A stretch of DNA of 64,000 bases from Octopus sinensis (lineage: Eukaryota), in NCBI RefSeq assembly GCF_006345805.1, contig NC_042998.1, positions 180,792,001 to 180,856,000 of the forward strand, read 5' to 3'. Shown here in pieces: positions 38,593 to 50,844 of this stretch (its first letter is position 1; the number at the start of each line of letters is the position of its first letter). The notes beneath the pieces were generated by a model, which was given only the letters and a program-made list of their open reading frames with translations, was not told where the DNA came from and made no database searches. The position numbers were made by a program, and so were the translations under genes.

Positions 38593-39157
38593 TGTGTGTG
38601 TGTGTGTGTGTGTGTGACAAAATTATCTTAATTCTTTAAATTACTATTTTGATGTTCCTAGTTCCCACAATTGGAATATTCTGGAAATTCAACACAATTA
38701 GGATTTTTAAAAATGACTAACCAAGGAAATTGAAAAATAAAAAAAATAGTTGAATATTTGAATGAAAAATGAACATAGAGAGACAACAAAGAGAAACTGA
38801 GAACGAGAAGGGAGAGATGATTTATAATTAGTCGAATGCACTATAAAACTAGAGAATTTAAGAAATTCAAGACTAACTGCTATTAGTAAAAGCGAGAATA
38901 TCTCTTTTCATTAGAGAATATGTCAACCGCTAGTCTGGAGTTAATTTTGACAGATTAAGTAATAAACTGCACGCTGAAGATTCACGGTCTACCGAATACT
39001 TTCCTTTTGCCAATGTTATTATTGTCATTTATTTTATTGGACAGGGAGAGTTGAGAAAGTCGACGTCGATAGAATTTAGATTTAGAAATATGAACACAAC
39101 TACATATCATAAAATAGCTAGATAGATCGGCTTTCCAAAGCATGTGCTAAATAATTT

Positions 39158-39644
39158 ACTCTTGAAGTAAATATTATTTTCTGCTCTAGGCACAAGGCCC
39201 GAAATTTTGTGGGAGGGGGCCAGTCAATTAGATCGAACACCAGTATGCAACTGGTACTTAATTTATCGACCCTGAAAGGATGAAAGGCAAAGTCGACCTC
39301 GCCGGAATTTGAACTCTTGGAGTAAATATTTATTTCTTTATTGGCCACAGGGAGCTAAACAAAGAGGGGACAAACAAGGGATTAAGTCGATTACATTGAT
39401 CCCAGTGCGTAACTGGTACTTAGTTAATCGACCCCGAAATGATGAAAGCAAAGTCGACATCGGCGAAATTTGAACTCTTGGAGCAAATATTCTTTTCTAC
39501 TCTAGACACAAGGCCCGAAATTTTGGGGGAGGGAGCCAGTGGATTAGATCGACGGCAGTACGCAACTGGGACTTAATTTATCAACCCCGAAAGGATGAAA
39601 GGCAAAGTCGACCTCGGCGGATTTGAAATCTTGGAGTAAATATT
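39158..39644 (-). mobile_element. Array of three headless SINE A copies separated by an 18-bp direct repeat
   Basis: actcttggagtaaatatt variants at 39158, 39313, 39474 and 39627. Confidence 0.9.
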
Positions 39645-39969
39645 GTAAGCTTAATGTATATACAGTGTGACAACCTGGCTGTTGCTATTTAAACCACATC
39701 AGTTCTGATCGAAGAGTCGTTCCAGACATGACTTTTCCAGCTTTCTCTTCAAACACAGCTTAACTTGGACAAATATCATGAAACGCGTCTCGCTTTTCTT
39801 TTCTTTCCTTTTTCTTTTGCCTTTTTTAAGGAAGTCAAATATGATTTGCAAGATATTTAGTTGCTATTTCTAGCATGATGAGTTACAACTGAGGCTTTAT
39901 ATTAAGTTTGTTCTGGGATACATTTTTATGGTGTGGGTAACTTCTAAGAATTGTATTTGGTTGTGTATA

Positions 39970-40373
39970 CTCTACTCTTTTTACTCTTTTACTTGTTTCA
40001 GTCATTTGACTGCGGCCGTGCTGGAGCACCGCCTTTAGTCGAGCAAATCGACCCAGGGACTTATTCTTTGTAAGCCCAGTACTTATTCTATCGGTCTCTT
40101 TTGCCGAACCGCTAAGTGACGGGGACATAAACACACCAGCATCGGTTGTCAAGCAATGCTAGGGGGACAAACACAAACATACATGCACACACATATATAC
40201 ATATATACGACAGGCTTCTTTCAGTTTCCGTCTACCAAATCCACTCACAAGGCATTGGTCGGCCCGAGGCTATAGCAGAAGACACTTGCCCAAGATGCCA
40301 CGCAGTGGGACTGAACCCGGAACCATGTGGTTGGTAAACAAGCTACTTACCACACAGCCACTCCTGCGCCTAT
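39970..40373 (-). mobile_element. Full-length SINE family B (tRNA head, CORE-like segment)
   Basis: Minus strand: GGCGCAGGAGTGGCTGTGTGG A-box, GGTTCAGTCCC B-box, CTTGGGCAAGTGTCTT CORE-like motif, internal TA/TG tract, (GTAAAAGA)n tail. Confidence 0.9.
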
Positions 40374-40932
40374 GTTTCTTATTTCTGTATGTTTCTTATT
40401 TCTGCTAAAGTTACTATATAATTTAGTTACATTTTGGATAGCATACATACTTGTTTTAGAGGCGTCTGATTCAACGAAAGCCTAAGGCGAAACGATAAAT
40501 CATATAGAAAGTCAATTATGAAGAGTCTATTGTGATTTATAAAATAATCTTCCAACGTTGCATAACTTCCAAAGATGTTGACGGTTTTGAAGCAACATAG
40601 TTATATGCAAATAAATCTATTTTTGAGATGCTACAGAACTCGAAACTATTCCGTGTGACAAATATATTACAAAAGTATCAGATCGAAGTGGGTTATATAG
40701 CACGCAAGGGGTTTTTATGTTTGCCTCGGTTGAGGGACAAATATAGTACATGCAGTCTGGTTTTGCAGTACGGATATTTGTTATATTTCTGAGCACTTGG
40801 AGATGATTTTTTATATAATTCCATCGGCTGAAAATATTTGTTCGCTGCCGAAACAAGTTTTACATATTGCATATTTTATATTTGATTTTTGCGTAAGCAG
40901 TATATGGATGGTTTCATGTACACTATAACAAT

Positions 40933-41496
40933 TATTTCAAATTTTTGCCACAAGGGCAGTTTGAGGGCGGTGGAAATGAGTCAATTACATCGACCACAGT
41001 GTTCAAATGGTACTTATTTTATCGGATCCGATAGGATGAAAGGTTAAGTCGACCTCGGCGGAATTTGAACGGGCGAAATACCTATTTCTTTACTACCCAC
41101 AAGGGGCTAAACACAGAGAAGACAAACAAGGACAGACAAACGGATTAAGCCGATTATATCGCGCCAGTGCGTAACTGGTACTATATTTATCGACCCCGAA
41201 AAGATGAAAGACAAAGTCAACCTTGGCGGAATTTGAACTGAGAAAGCAACAGCATACGAAATACCTATTTCTTTACCACCCACAAGGGGCTACACACAGA
41301 GAGGACAAACAAAGACAGACAAACGGATTAAGTCGATTATATCGACTCCAGTGCGTAACTGGTATTTATTTAATCGACCCCGAAAGGATGAAGGGCAAAG
41401 TCGACCTCGGCGGAATTTGAACTCAGAACGTAGCGGCAGACGAAATACTGCTAAGCATTTCGCCCGGCGTGCTAACGTTTCTGCCAGCTCTCCGCC
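40933..41496 (-). mobile_element. SINE A trimer (head, tail1, tail1, tail2)
   Basis: Three cores; imperfect 20-bp TSD ttcatgtacaYtataaYaat at 40913-40932 and 41497-41516. Confidence 0.9.
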
Positions 41497-42780
41497 TTCA
41501 TGTACATTATAATAATGTGAAAAGACTTGTTTTACATTCTTTGCAATATATTAAAACTTTTGACGAGATATTAGAGGTCTAGCTCGAATAACCCATGACA
41601 GATATAATGCATTAGTCTTATATTACTGTTTTTGATTTATTACATTGACTAAATGTATATGTGCCGGTTTGATTTTTTTACTCTTTCTTCTATGTACTGT
41701 GAATTTTGTGGATGTTTTACCTGTAAAATATAATTTTTTTTTGTTTTTGTTTTTGTTGTCTCAGTCTGCAGTCTGCAAGAAACAATCACACACGGCGTAT
41801 GCATTTAAATCGCTAGGTATGATTGTTTATTGCATTCGATGAAATCTTTTGTCGCAAATAATAAAAATTAAAAAAAAAAGGGGAATGGTTGATCAAATTT
41901 GAAGTGAGATTTCTATATGAGATTCACGTAGTAACTGGGGTAGCTGTGCAGCTGCATATTAAGAAAGGTGAAAAGATGTGACTCATATAATCAGCATTTG
42001 AGGCTCTGGGTATATTTTTGAGGAGGTGTGAAAAAGTGGTGTTGATAAGGTTAAGCAAATGGGTTTGACGGTGGAGCCTCACTTGTTTGGAATTTTAGAC
42101 GTACTGCATTTAATTTAATGTACATAAGCTTTGAATCATAACAGGTAGTTAATTAACCAGCGTCTTGTGTTGTTTGTTTCATAAAATAGTTTTTGACTAT
42201 CTTGTGTCTAGGTAGAGTAAAAGAAATTGATGCTTTGCTAAGTTGATGGTTGTTGGAATAAGGACAGTGGAGTAATTCGTTGATGTTAGAGCTGTCATGT
42301 ACTCGTTGGTGTTAGTTTCCTTGGTTGCGTGGTTGTCGAGTTTGGTTGAGTGAATAAATGGTCCCTTTTGGACAATGGGTCAGTGCGATGCGACTTCGTT
42401 TTATTGGGCTTAGAATAGCTGTGATTTCGCCCAATTTCCAGGTCCTGGAGGTAAACACTACAGTTGATGCCGTTAATCATTACGTTTACACATCTTACCG
42501 ACTGGAAGGCGGTTAACCTTCGATACAAATACATGCATTTTCTATTGCTTCAGTTTTTCTTTCTCGCCGCTTCCTTCAGTTGTTTCATGCAGATGTTTAC
42601 AGTCATCCCAAGTTTGGTTTCAGTATGCTATTTCTTCTGTGCAACTAAGGCAGTAACTTTTTGGTGTGATAGGTTTCCCTTATTCGCTTTTGTTTTTGGC
42701 GGGGTGGAGGATCTCTGTACCTTTATTATTTCTTGAAAGCACACACCCATACAAGAACACATACAGACACACATGCATAT

Positions 42781-42853
<73 letters not shown>

Positions 42854-42943
42854 CACACACATATATATATATATGTTATATTTCGGAATGGTCATATTGC
42901 CAGTTTAGCCAATAAATCTTGCACAACAAATATTTAAACGTAC

Positions 42944-42985
<42 letters not shown>

Positions 42986-43114
42986 TCATACATACATACA
43001 TATATACATACATACAGGCCAAATTTTAGCCACTTCTCCGCAGACTGAAAAAATGGCGAACAACCTTGATCTATTTTCGAACCTTATTGGGTTCTCATTA
43101 GAGGCATCCACATC

Positions 43115-43153
<39 letters not shown>

Positions 43154-44869
43154 TATATATATACATATATAGTCTGTCTATGTTGGTGATTGTTGTGTCG
43201 TCAAATTCAGCGAAATTTGATTCAGTTTTCTGGACCTTTTCAACACTACTCTCGGTTTGTTCATGTAAGATTTTATGCATTTTGATGATGATAGACAGGA
43301 AGTTAAGGGTTATAAGACTGAGTACTCGTTGACTGTAGTGGTTAAACCTATTCAAAAGAAGGTGACGTCTGATGAGGTGCTATTGTAGTTAGCGCTTAGG
43401 AATGCAAGCTGATGTGGGTTCTTTAAGTGGAAAACGGAGTTCAGTTATAATTCTGTATGTCAGCACATGCGGAATCTATTTATATATTGAAATATTCTTC
43501 AATAATGATGTTTTGGAGAGTTTTACAGTGATTAGTTGGGGTGTAATATTTCAGTTATGCACAATGTCACGACTGTCAGTGATATAATTATAGCTGGCGG
43601 ATAGAGGTTCGTATCTAGTCACCTAACAATAATTAGCTGTGGAAACAAGAAATAGTTAATGATTGTTTTGTTTATATTGCTGTGCAAGAATCGTTCCTGG
43701 CTATAAAAACCCCTTTACTAGAACGCGTTTATTATTTTACAACAGGAATAGAGAAAAGTATAGAATCTCTGCAATTACAATTTTTTCCTCCACTACACTT
43801 TGGTGATAAATTACACAATGACACAATTTCATCATGGAAGTTGTATCACATCAACAATGATATTTTCTTACCGAAGTAGAGATTGAGACGAATACGTTTC
43901 TAAAATATCTGAGAGCAACACACTATGGTAAATTACTGAACTGAATTGTTTACCTGTGTTGCTGAACTGTCAATAATTTAGTGTGTCACATTGGGAATAA
44001 TTCATTGAAATGTCTCACAGGGAATTACACTGCTGAAAGAAACCAATAGATTAATCTAACTTATTTTGATAAATCGCTTCGTATAAATAGTTTAGTGGTA
44101 AATAGTAATGTGAAAGCCATGAAACTTTCGACATTTACTGAAATAGAAAATTCTTTGTGGTTAATTCTCTCGTTAAGTCTGCGAGTGAACCGAAAAATGA
44201 ATCAAAATACCATTTTAACAGTTGCTTAGCAACTCTATTATTGATTGATTCTCTTTTTAGTTAAAGTGTAGCGTCTGGATTTGCCCGATATCCGCATTGA
44301 TCATTATAATTTTACCCCCAACTACTAAGTTGATTGAAACTTCAAATGTCATATGGACAATAGCTCTGCTAGTATCATTCGCATTTATTTAGTTACTTCA
44401 TTAAGAGAAAAAAAAATTACATCAATACTTAGTTTATCTAATAGTAGTGAATGGAGAAAATTGGTATAGAGCGTCGAACAAAATACTTTGCCGTGCTTAA
44501 TTGCTTTACTTGATGTTACCCGTTCAAATCTTACATAGTTCCACTTAGTTTTTTTCATCCTTCTAGAGATTATGAAATAAGTACAGGCAGTCTAGATAAT
44601 CAATTGTTCTCTGCGCCAAGACATAACTTTTATGTTTAAATAATTTTCTGTAGCTGTGGTGGACATGCTTTCAATTCACTAGTTCTCGTTTCGTAATATC
44701 GAATCTATTTTTAAAACACTCGATTTTCATTAACGGCAGTGCGACAAATTTACGTCAATAGCTCACGTTCTTCTTTGTGAGAATGAAATCTTTCTTATTG
44801 GTCGCTTATTCAAAATTACGATTTTTCAGAATATCTTTTTGTAGACATGTTGCCATAAGAAATGGATTG

Positions 44870-45072
44870 TAAACTAATGGCCACTGTTGGATTCGGATTC
44901 AGTCACACTGCGACAAATACTCTCTACTAGAGGCACTACCTTGGGGAATTTTTGTCGAATGAATCGATGCCAGTACATTTTTTGAAACTATGTACTTATT
45001 CTATCGGTACTTATTCATCGGCTTAAGGCTACAGTGGAAGACACCCGCCCAAGTTGCCATGTATTTATGTGT

Positions 45073-45112
<40 letters not shown>

Positions 45113-45310
45113 GTCTTTGTGTTGTGTCTCCCACCAACATTTGATAATCGGTGTTGGCTTGTTTACGTCTCCTTAACTTACCAGTTCGTCAATAAAGGGC
45201 GACATAATAAGTACCAGGTTTAAAGAATAAGCACTGGGGTCGATTTGATTGATTAACCCCTTCAAGATTGGCCGCATTCCAACGACTGAAACAAGTAAAA
45301 GATAAAAGAT
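44870..45310. mobile_element. Rearranged, decayed SINE B pieces in both orientations
   Basis: gtacttattctatcggt..ctacagtggaagacacccgcccaag (minus sense), then gataatcggtgttggc..cactggggtcgatttg..gactgaaacaagtaaaagataaaag (plus sense). Confidence 0.65.
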
Positions 45311-45899
45311 TGCGCGCGTGTGCATGTATGTGTGTGTGTGTACATGTGTGTGTGTGCATGTGTGTGTGTGCATGTGTGTGTGCATATGTGTAAGTATGTC
45401 TTTGTGTCTGAGTTAGTCCCAGCTTGACAACTGGTGTTACCGTATGCACACACATATATATATATTATGCATAATGTATAAACACTGTCGACCGGCCAGT
45501 TCCGACGGTATTTAATTTGAGATACAATCTCTCATAAAACACAATAAGTATCAGAGGGAGACTGAAACTCGTCCCATGAACAGCCAACGAGAGTACAAGA
45601 TGAATTTCAGCCTTTTGGGGCCTGTTGAATGGTGTGTGCTCGCAACCAGCGACATCAACATGCTTGGACGAGAATTTGTCGTCTCTGATATGAGGAAAAC
45701 TGAAAAAGATTATCAATGATGTCACGAATGGCAGCCTGGCTGAATAAAATTCCGGTATACATAACTGTGGCAGTATTCAAACAAGATAGCCATAGGTAAG
45801 TTACTGAAATATTTTCCCAAAGATATCGATTTTAATGGACGTACTGTGGCAAAATCACAATAGATAGCAGAGAGATATGAAGATTCATTCCAGCCAGAT

Positions 45900-46960
45900 G
45901 CACTTCGATCCCCGAAGCCGAACAGATGGCGCACACTCACGTGCTGTTTTCAGTAACTGGCATTTAGACCGTGTGTATATATTTCATATGATACATAGAT
46001 CCAAATTTCTAATTAATACTTCTGATTTGCGAATAACGGATTTATTCAGCTGAGCAGCTTTCTGCAACATCTGCGAATGTTTTATTCGCTTTTCCCTATA
46101 CCAGAGAAGACGGGTTCTCGTCCGGGCATACACTGCGATTCTAAGGACCAATTCTTATGAAATAACGACCTAACTGAAACCAACTGCATCAGACCCACCC
46201 ACAACATATGTCATTATTTCCCATTCTGATCATTCGTATATACTAGTGATAACCATTGTATCTGCAAGAGGAATCAGGCCCCATTTAGAATCTGATACTC
46301 TTTCCCAAGATGATTTTAAATTACTCCTTTTATTAAAATAATCAAGAAGTTAATCAGAGTAGGAAAAGATGTCCCAACGATATTTGCGGACCTTCAGGGT
46401 CGCTGAATTTAAATTAGAAACGAACTCTGTACCAACAGAAAAAATATCATACATTATCAACTTCGATACTTTCACTGTTAGTAAACTGCATATTATAGAG
46501 GAATCAAGAAGCGATCTAATAGCTGAATACATGTTCAAGATTTAGATATACTACAGTAGATCATGCATCTGTATATTTAAAATGGCTATGAATGGCTGTG
46601 AAATCGATATACCAAATTGGCTTTCTGCAGCACGGACAGTTCTTGATGCCAAGAATATAAACACCTACTTAGCTTAGTTAAACATTATGTACAAGCACTA
46701 CGCAAGTTGTTGAAACCAATTCCTGCTAGACCATTACAAATCCAACAAAATAGTAAATAATGAGTATACTGGCCGAAATAAGGCGTGTGTTGATGTGGCG
46801 AACAAATTTTAATTAACTAAATAAAACTTCGTGATTGTATGAGTTAGCGTTTAACTCTGTTCAGCTTTATTGGTTGTTAGAATCACTACACTTGGTGAAA
46901 ATATCTGTTATACCACTTGCTGCAACTGAAAGGTCAAAAAGACTTACTCAGCCATTCTCA
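45900..46960 (+). mobile_element. Highly decayed R4/Dong-like non-LTR RT remnant
   Basis: IPNWLSAARTVL (46609-46645; cf. P.WLT.GRT.L.PK) and YELAFNSVQLYWLLESLHLVKI (46838-46903; cf. YKKAFDSVPH.W..E.L...KI); 5' boundary uncertain. Confidence 0.55.
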
Positions 46961-47489
46961 TTCCTGTAACTAATCGGACTGTTTCTCTGTGGTACTGTGC
47001 ATTTTGCCACTGAACGTCTTTCTATTTCTCTTTTAAAAAAATCCAATGATTATATGTTACTGTTTACTATAGTAAGAATCTATATATCTATCTAGGTCAT
47101 CCTTCAGAATGTCCCAAAACTGTATCTACATGTTTCCATCTCGATCTTCCATAACAGTCGTCAGCTCCTGTACCAGTATCCTTCTATACCAGTATCATCA
47201 AAACTAAACATTGAAAAATAATTCGCAAAAGCTAAAAGTAACATAAATGATTGTTAAAATGAAGTGGATTTTAGAAACAGAACTTTGAATAAATTACAAA
47301 AAAATTGGCAATGGTTACCATGATGATCAAGCAAATAAATACTTCAAATAAAACTGCTGTGATTCCATTTACAGCAAAAATATTGTTGCCACTCTCTACA
47401 AACATTTTACATGGTACTAGTATTCGTTCAACTTAAGATAGGCACCAGTGCCACCATCGTTACTCGGTTTAGGGGGAAACGCCTGTCAG

Positions 47490-47865
47490 TAACTCCATGG
47501 TGAAGAAGTTCGCTTTTCAGCTTTTCCCAGTGTTCCTATTTCCCTCCTCAGTTCATTCTTCATTTTTCTGTACATCCTCTTTCTCTCTATAGAGTTTCTC
47601 TTTCTCCTCTTTCTTCCTTCTTCCAAATTTCATAGCATTTCTTCTGTCACCAATAGTTTCTTTGCTTTTTTCTTTTGTTCCTACGCTTCCTTCGTACTAC
47701 TTCCTTTAATGTCCATGTTATCTTGTGTAGTATCCTACAGTCTTATTTTCTGTCCATCACTGAAAGACTCTTTGACTGGGTAACTAAGTGTCTCCAACTT
47801 CCAGTGAAAGCGTCTCTTTCGTTCCCTGAGACTTTTCAGTTTAAGTTTCTCTTTCATTGACACAA
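47490..47865 (-). mobile_element. RTE LINE linker segment, inverted
   Basis: Minus strand KKLLVTEEML*NLEEGRKRRKR..RMYRKMKNELRREI (cf. K.W.T.E....EERR..K..Y......R). Confidence 0.6.
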
Positions 47866-47869
47866 GGTA

Positions 47870-48260
47870 AGGGACTGAGACTGCATCTGCACCAGGGAAA
47901 GCATGGACATTCTTGACATTGTTACAATATCGCTGCTTTTCCAATGACGTAAGTCCAGAAGTGTCGCAGTTAATGGTAAGCCTATGCAAAGAAGTCTAGG
48001 GCTCCGGTGTACAGTCAGAAAACTTCTTGAAAAGCATCATAGTCATCCTCCAGAAAAGGCCAAAATACCAGGAAATGTGAAGATCATCGTATAATCAGAC
48101 TCATATCCTAAACATCCAGGATAGTGTTGAGAATGATCAAGAACAGGCTAAGAACCAAAGCAGGGAGATTCGTAGGAAGAGACCAATTTGATTTCAGGGA
48201 AAGAATGAGGACGAGATACAATCGCTCTTGTGAGGACTTTAGAAGAACTCAAGAAGTCTT
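47870..48260 (+). mobile_element. RTE LINE early RT domains
   Basis: GKA..LCKEV*..ENFLKSIIVILQK..KCEDHRIIRLIS..IVLRMIKNRL..DQFDFRERMRTR. Confidence 0.7.
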
Positions 48261-48329
48261 TATTTGCTTTCTCGACTAAGGGAAATCTTTGGATCAGGTT
48301 GCTTGGCAAAAAGCCTGATGGGTCTGGTC

Positions 48330-48995
48330 AAACTTCTGAGATATGACTCCATCATTTTGAGCCAGAATCCATAAGGTAGAGTTTGCAGGGTAAACACTCT
48401 GAATCGCCCGAGAAAAATATTTAAAAACTCAAACTTACGCAAACCAATTCGTGCTAATCATTTTGGGTGATGCAAAACGGCCTATACTGGAACATTACCT
48501 AGAAAAGGGGTCTACAGACACCAATGTAAGGTACAGTGAAATGCTGGCCAACAAGATGAAACTAGCAATTCACACCAAACACCGAGGGCTATACTCAAAG
48601 AAAGTTCTATTTATTCTCGAAAATGCACGCCCACACACAGCCGCCCACACCGTTGAAACCATTGAAAAATTAGGTTTCGAGTTACTGAAACACCCTGCAT
48701 ACAGTCCACATATCGTTCCTTCCGGCTATTACTATAGATGGAGCACTCAAAGACTCTTTACAAAGTGGTTGATTTGATATGAACCAAAGAGCGCAGGAAG
48801 CAGTGTATAATAAACTGTATGAGCATCCGGAAACCTTCTGCACCGATGGAATAGACAACATTGTGGACCGCTGGAAGAAGTTCATCGAAAAGCAAACAGA
48901 CTATGTCGAAAAGTGGTACAGTTGTTGAATCCAAGAATTTGTTTTTACTGAATTACAGAAACAAGAGTACATATATTTTTTGACTTAACCTAGTA
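48330..48995 (+). mobile_element. Mariner transposase pseudogene fragment (catalytic half + 3' TIR remnant)
   Basis: HHFEPES..KHSESP; ORF 48451-48777 EHYLEKGST..Y.EML..KVLFILENARPHTA..LGFELLKHPAYSPHIVPSGYY; ..VDRWKKFIEK..DYVEK; ends ttttgacttaacctagTA. Confidence 0.88.
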
Positions 48996-49488
48996 AATAT
49001 ATTGGAATGTAGTGTACCGAGTAGAATATCGGTAATAACAACGATGTTAGAAGAAATGAAGGAATTGTTCCATATTTCATTTAATATATACAGATGCAGA
49101 AAATCTTCAGATTTTCCAAGGAAATGAAATTCAACAGAATAAAATAAAATAAAAGTAGAATATTCACGTTATTACATTTAATATTTTTTTTTTGTCTAGC
49201 GCCATGCGAATGCCTGAATTGAGGCGCAAGCTTTCTCAAGCGCCTAACAAAACAAGTCTTAAATCTAATAATGTAAATATTTCTTTTTTTATTTCCTTTT
49301 ATTTAATTTCATTCCATCTCATTTCCTTGCAAAATTTGACTACTTTCTCTACCTGTATATAAATAAACTGAGGAATAATTCTTTCTGATTAACCTTATAT
49401 ATATGTGCATGTGTATGTGTGTGTGCGTGCGTGTGTGCGTGTGTATATATATGCACACACACACACATATATTATATATATATATATA

Positions 49489-49532
<44 letters not shown>

Positions 49533-49609
49533 TATAAGTAAACACGTATGTGTGTGAGAATATATATATATATGTATATATGATCCAAAAATATACACAA
49601 AATATGCAA

Positions 49610-49760
49610 AATTCACAGACAAGTGAAAGAACAAGAAACCGGGCGTATTAGTATAACGCTCAGGGAAAATGAAAGAAGGCTTTAACGTTTCGACCTACGC
49701 TCTTCTACAAGAGGAAATGAGGAGAGAAAACAGATGGAGAGAGAAAAATAAATATAGAGA
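49610..49760 (-). mobile_element. Diverged family E-like element with a degenerate hammerhead
   Basis: Minus strand gaagagcgtaggtcgaaacgttaaagcc..cctgagcgttatactaatac, colinear with 16633-16700. Confidence 0.5.
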
Positions 49761-49794
49761 AAAACCCTTGTCTCAATTAACAGTTCAGTTGCAT

Positions 49795-49890
49795 ATATTT
49801 GGCATCTCGGGCAAGTGTCTTGCATTATAGCCTCGGGCCGACCAAAGCCTTGTGAATGGCTTTGGTAGACGGAAACTGAAAGGAGCCCGT
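49795..49890 (+). mobile_element. SINE B fragment
   Basis: ggcatctcgggcaagtgtctt..gcctcgggccgaccaaagccttgtga..ggtagacggaaactgaaag. Confidence 0.85.
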
Positions 49891-50210
49891 AGTGGTTAGA
49901 GCGTCGAGCTTACGATTGTGAGGTTGTGAGTTCGAATCCCGGACCGGGCTGCGTGTGGTGTTCTTGAGCAAGACACTTTATTTCAGGTTGCTCCTGTTCA
50001 CTCAGCTGTAGAAATGAGTTGCGATGTCACGGGTGCCAAGCTGTATCGGCTGTTGCCTTTCCCTTGGATAATACTGGTGGTGTGGAGAGGGGATACCGGT
50101 ATGCATGGGCGACTGGTGGTCTTCCATAAACAACCTTGCCCGGACTTGTGCCTCGGAGGGTAAATTTCTAGGTGCAATCCCACGGTCGATCATGCCCGAA
50201 GGGGGTCTCA
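49891..50210 (+). mobile_element. SINE family C variant (same head/core as 5048-5307, different 3' half)
   Basis: agtggttagagcg..gagttcgaatccc..gtgttcttgagcaagacactttatttc..ttcactcagctg is shared; the sequences diverge after gttgcgatg. Confidence 0.85.
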
Positions 50211-50532
50211 GCATATATATATATATACTTGAGTGGTATAACAAGGCATCAATATTTACTGGAAATAGCAGTCGATACAAATACAACGTTATTGTAAAAT
50301 TTCACTGCGTATATACTGGCGAAGACGTGTTAGTGCAACAAACATGAAAAATATATCTTACCTCTGGGAAGAACATACGATAAGTGGACAAACCAGAATC
50401 GGATAATGCAGGATCGATTTCTGATTCTTCAAATACGTTTGTCAACGTAAATTTCATCAGTCTTCATCAGTTGCATTTACCTGGACAATATTTCAAATGT
50501 TGCCACATCAATGCCACTCGCTTAACCGTTAA

Positions 50533-50533
50533 C

Positions 50534-50568
<35 letters not shown>

Positions 50569-50617
50569 CATGCATACAGACAGACAGACAGACACACACA
50601 CAGACACACAGATAGAC

Positions 50618-50706
<89 letters not shown>

Positions 50707-50755
50707 CATGCATACAGACAGACAGACAGACACACACACAGACACACAGATAGAC

Positions 50756-50843
<88 letters not shown>
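50533..50843. repeat. (GATA)n/(GACA)n tract with an internal ~140-bp duplication
   Basis: gacatgcatacagacagacagacagacacacacacagacacacagatagacag occurs at ~50567 and ~50705. Confidence 0.92.

Positions 50844-50844
<1 letters not shown>

Noticed and set aside
39158-39644. CRISPR array
   Set aside because: Eukaryotic context, no cas genes, and the spacers are homologous SINE copies; reported as a serial insertion array instead
41765-41816. Possible 52-nt exon (pyrimidine tract-CAG ... AG|GTATGA)
   Set aside because: Splice-like signals are common by chance in AT-rich DNA; no recognisable peptide or partner exons
43150-43640. Possible APE endonuclease remnant; ctgatgag at ~43369 as a hammerhead
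   Set aside because: Protein motifs are too degraded to call, and no GAAA box or stem II follows the ctgatgag
45465-45940. ORFs 45465-45725 and 45722-45940 as host exons
   Set aside because: No recognisable domain; adjacent and antisense to the decayed R4-like relic
49891-49945. tRNA gene
   Set aside because: A/B boxes are present but run into SINE core sequence with no complete acceptor stem; it is a SINE head
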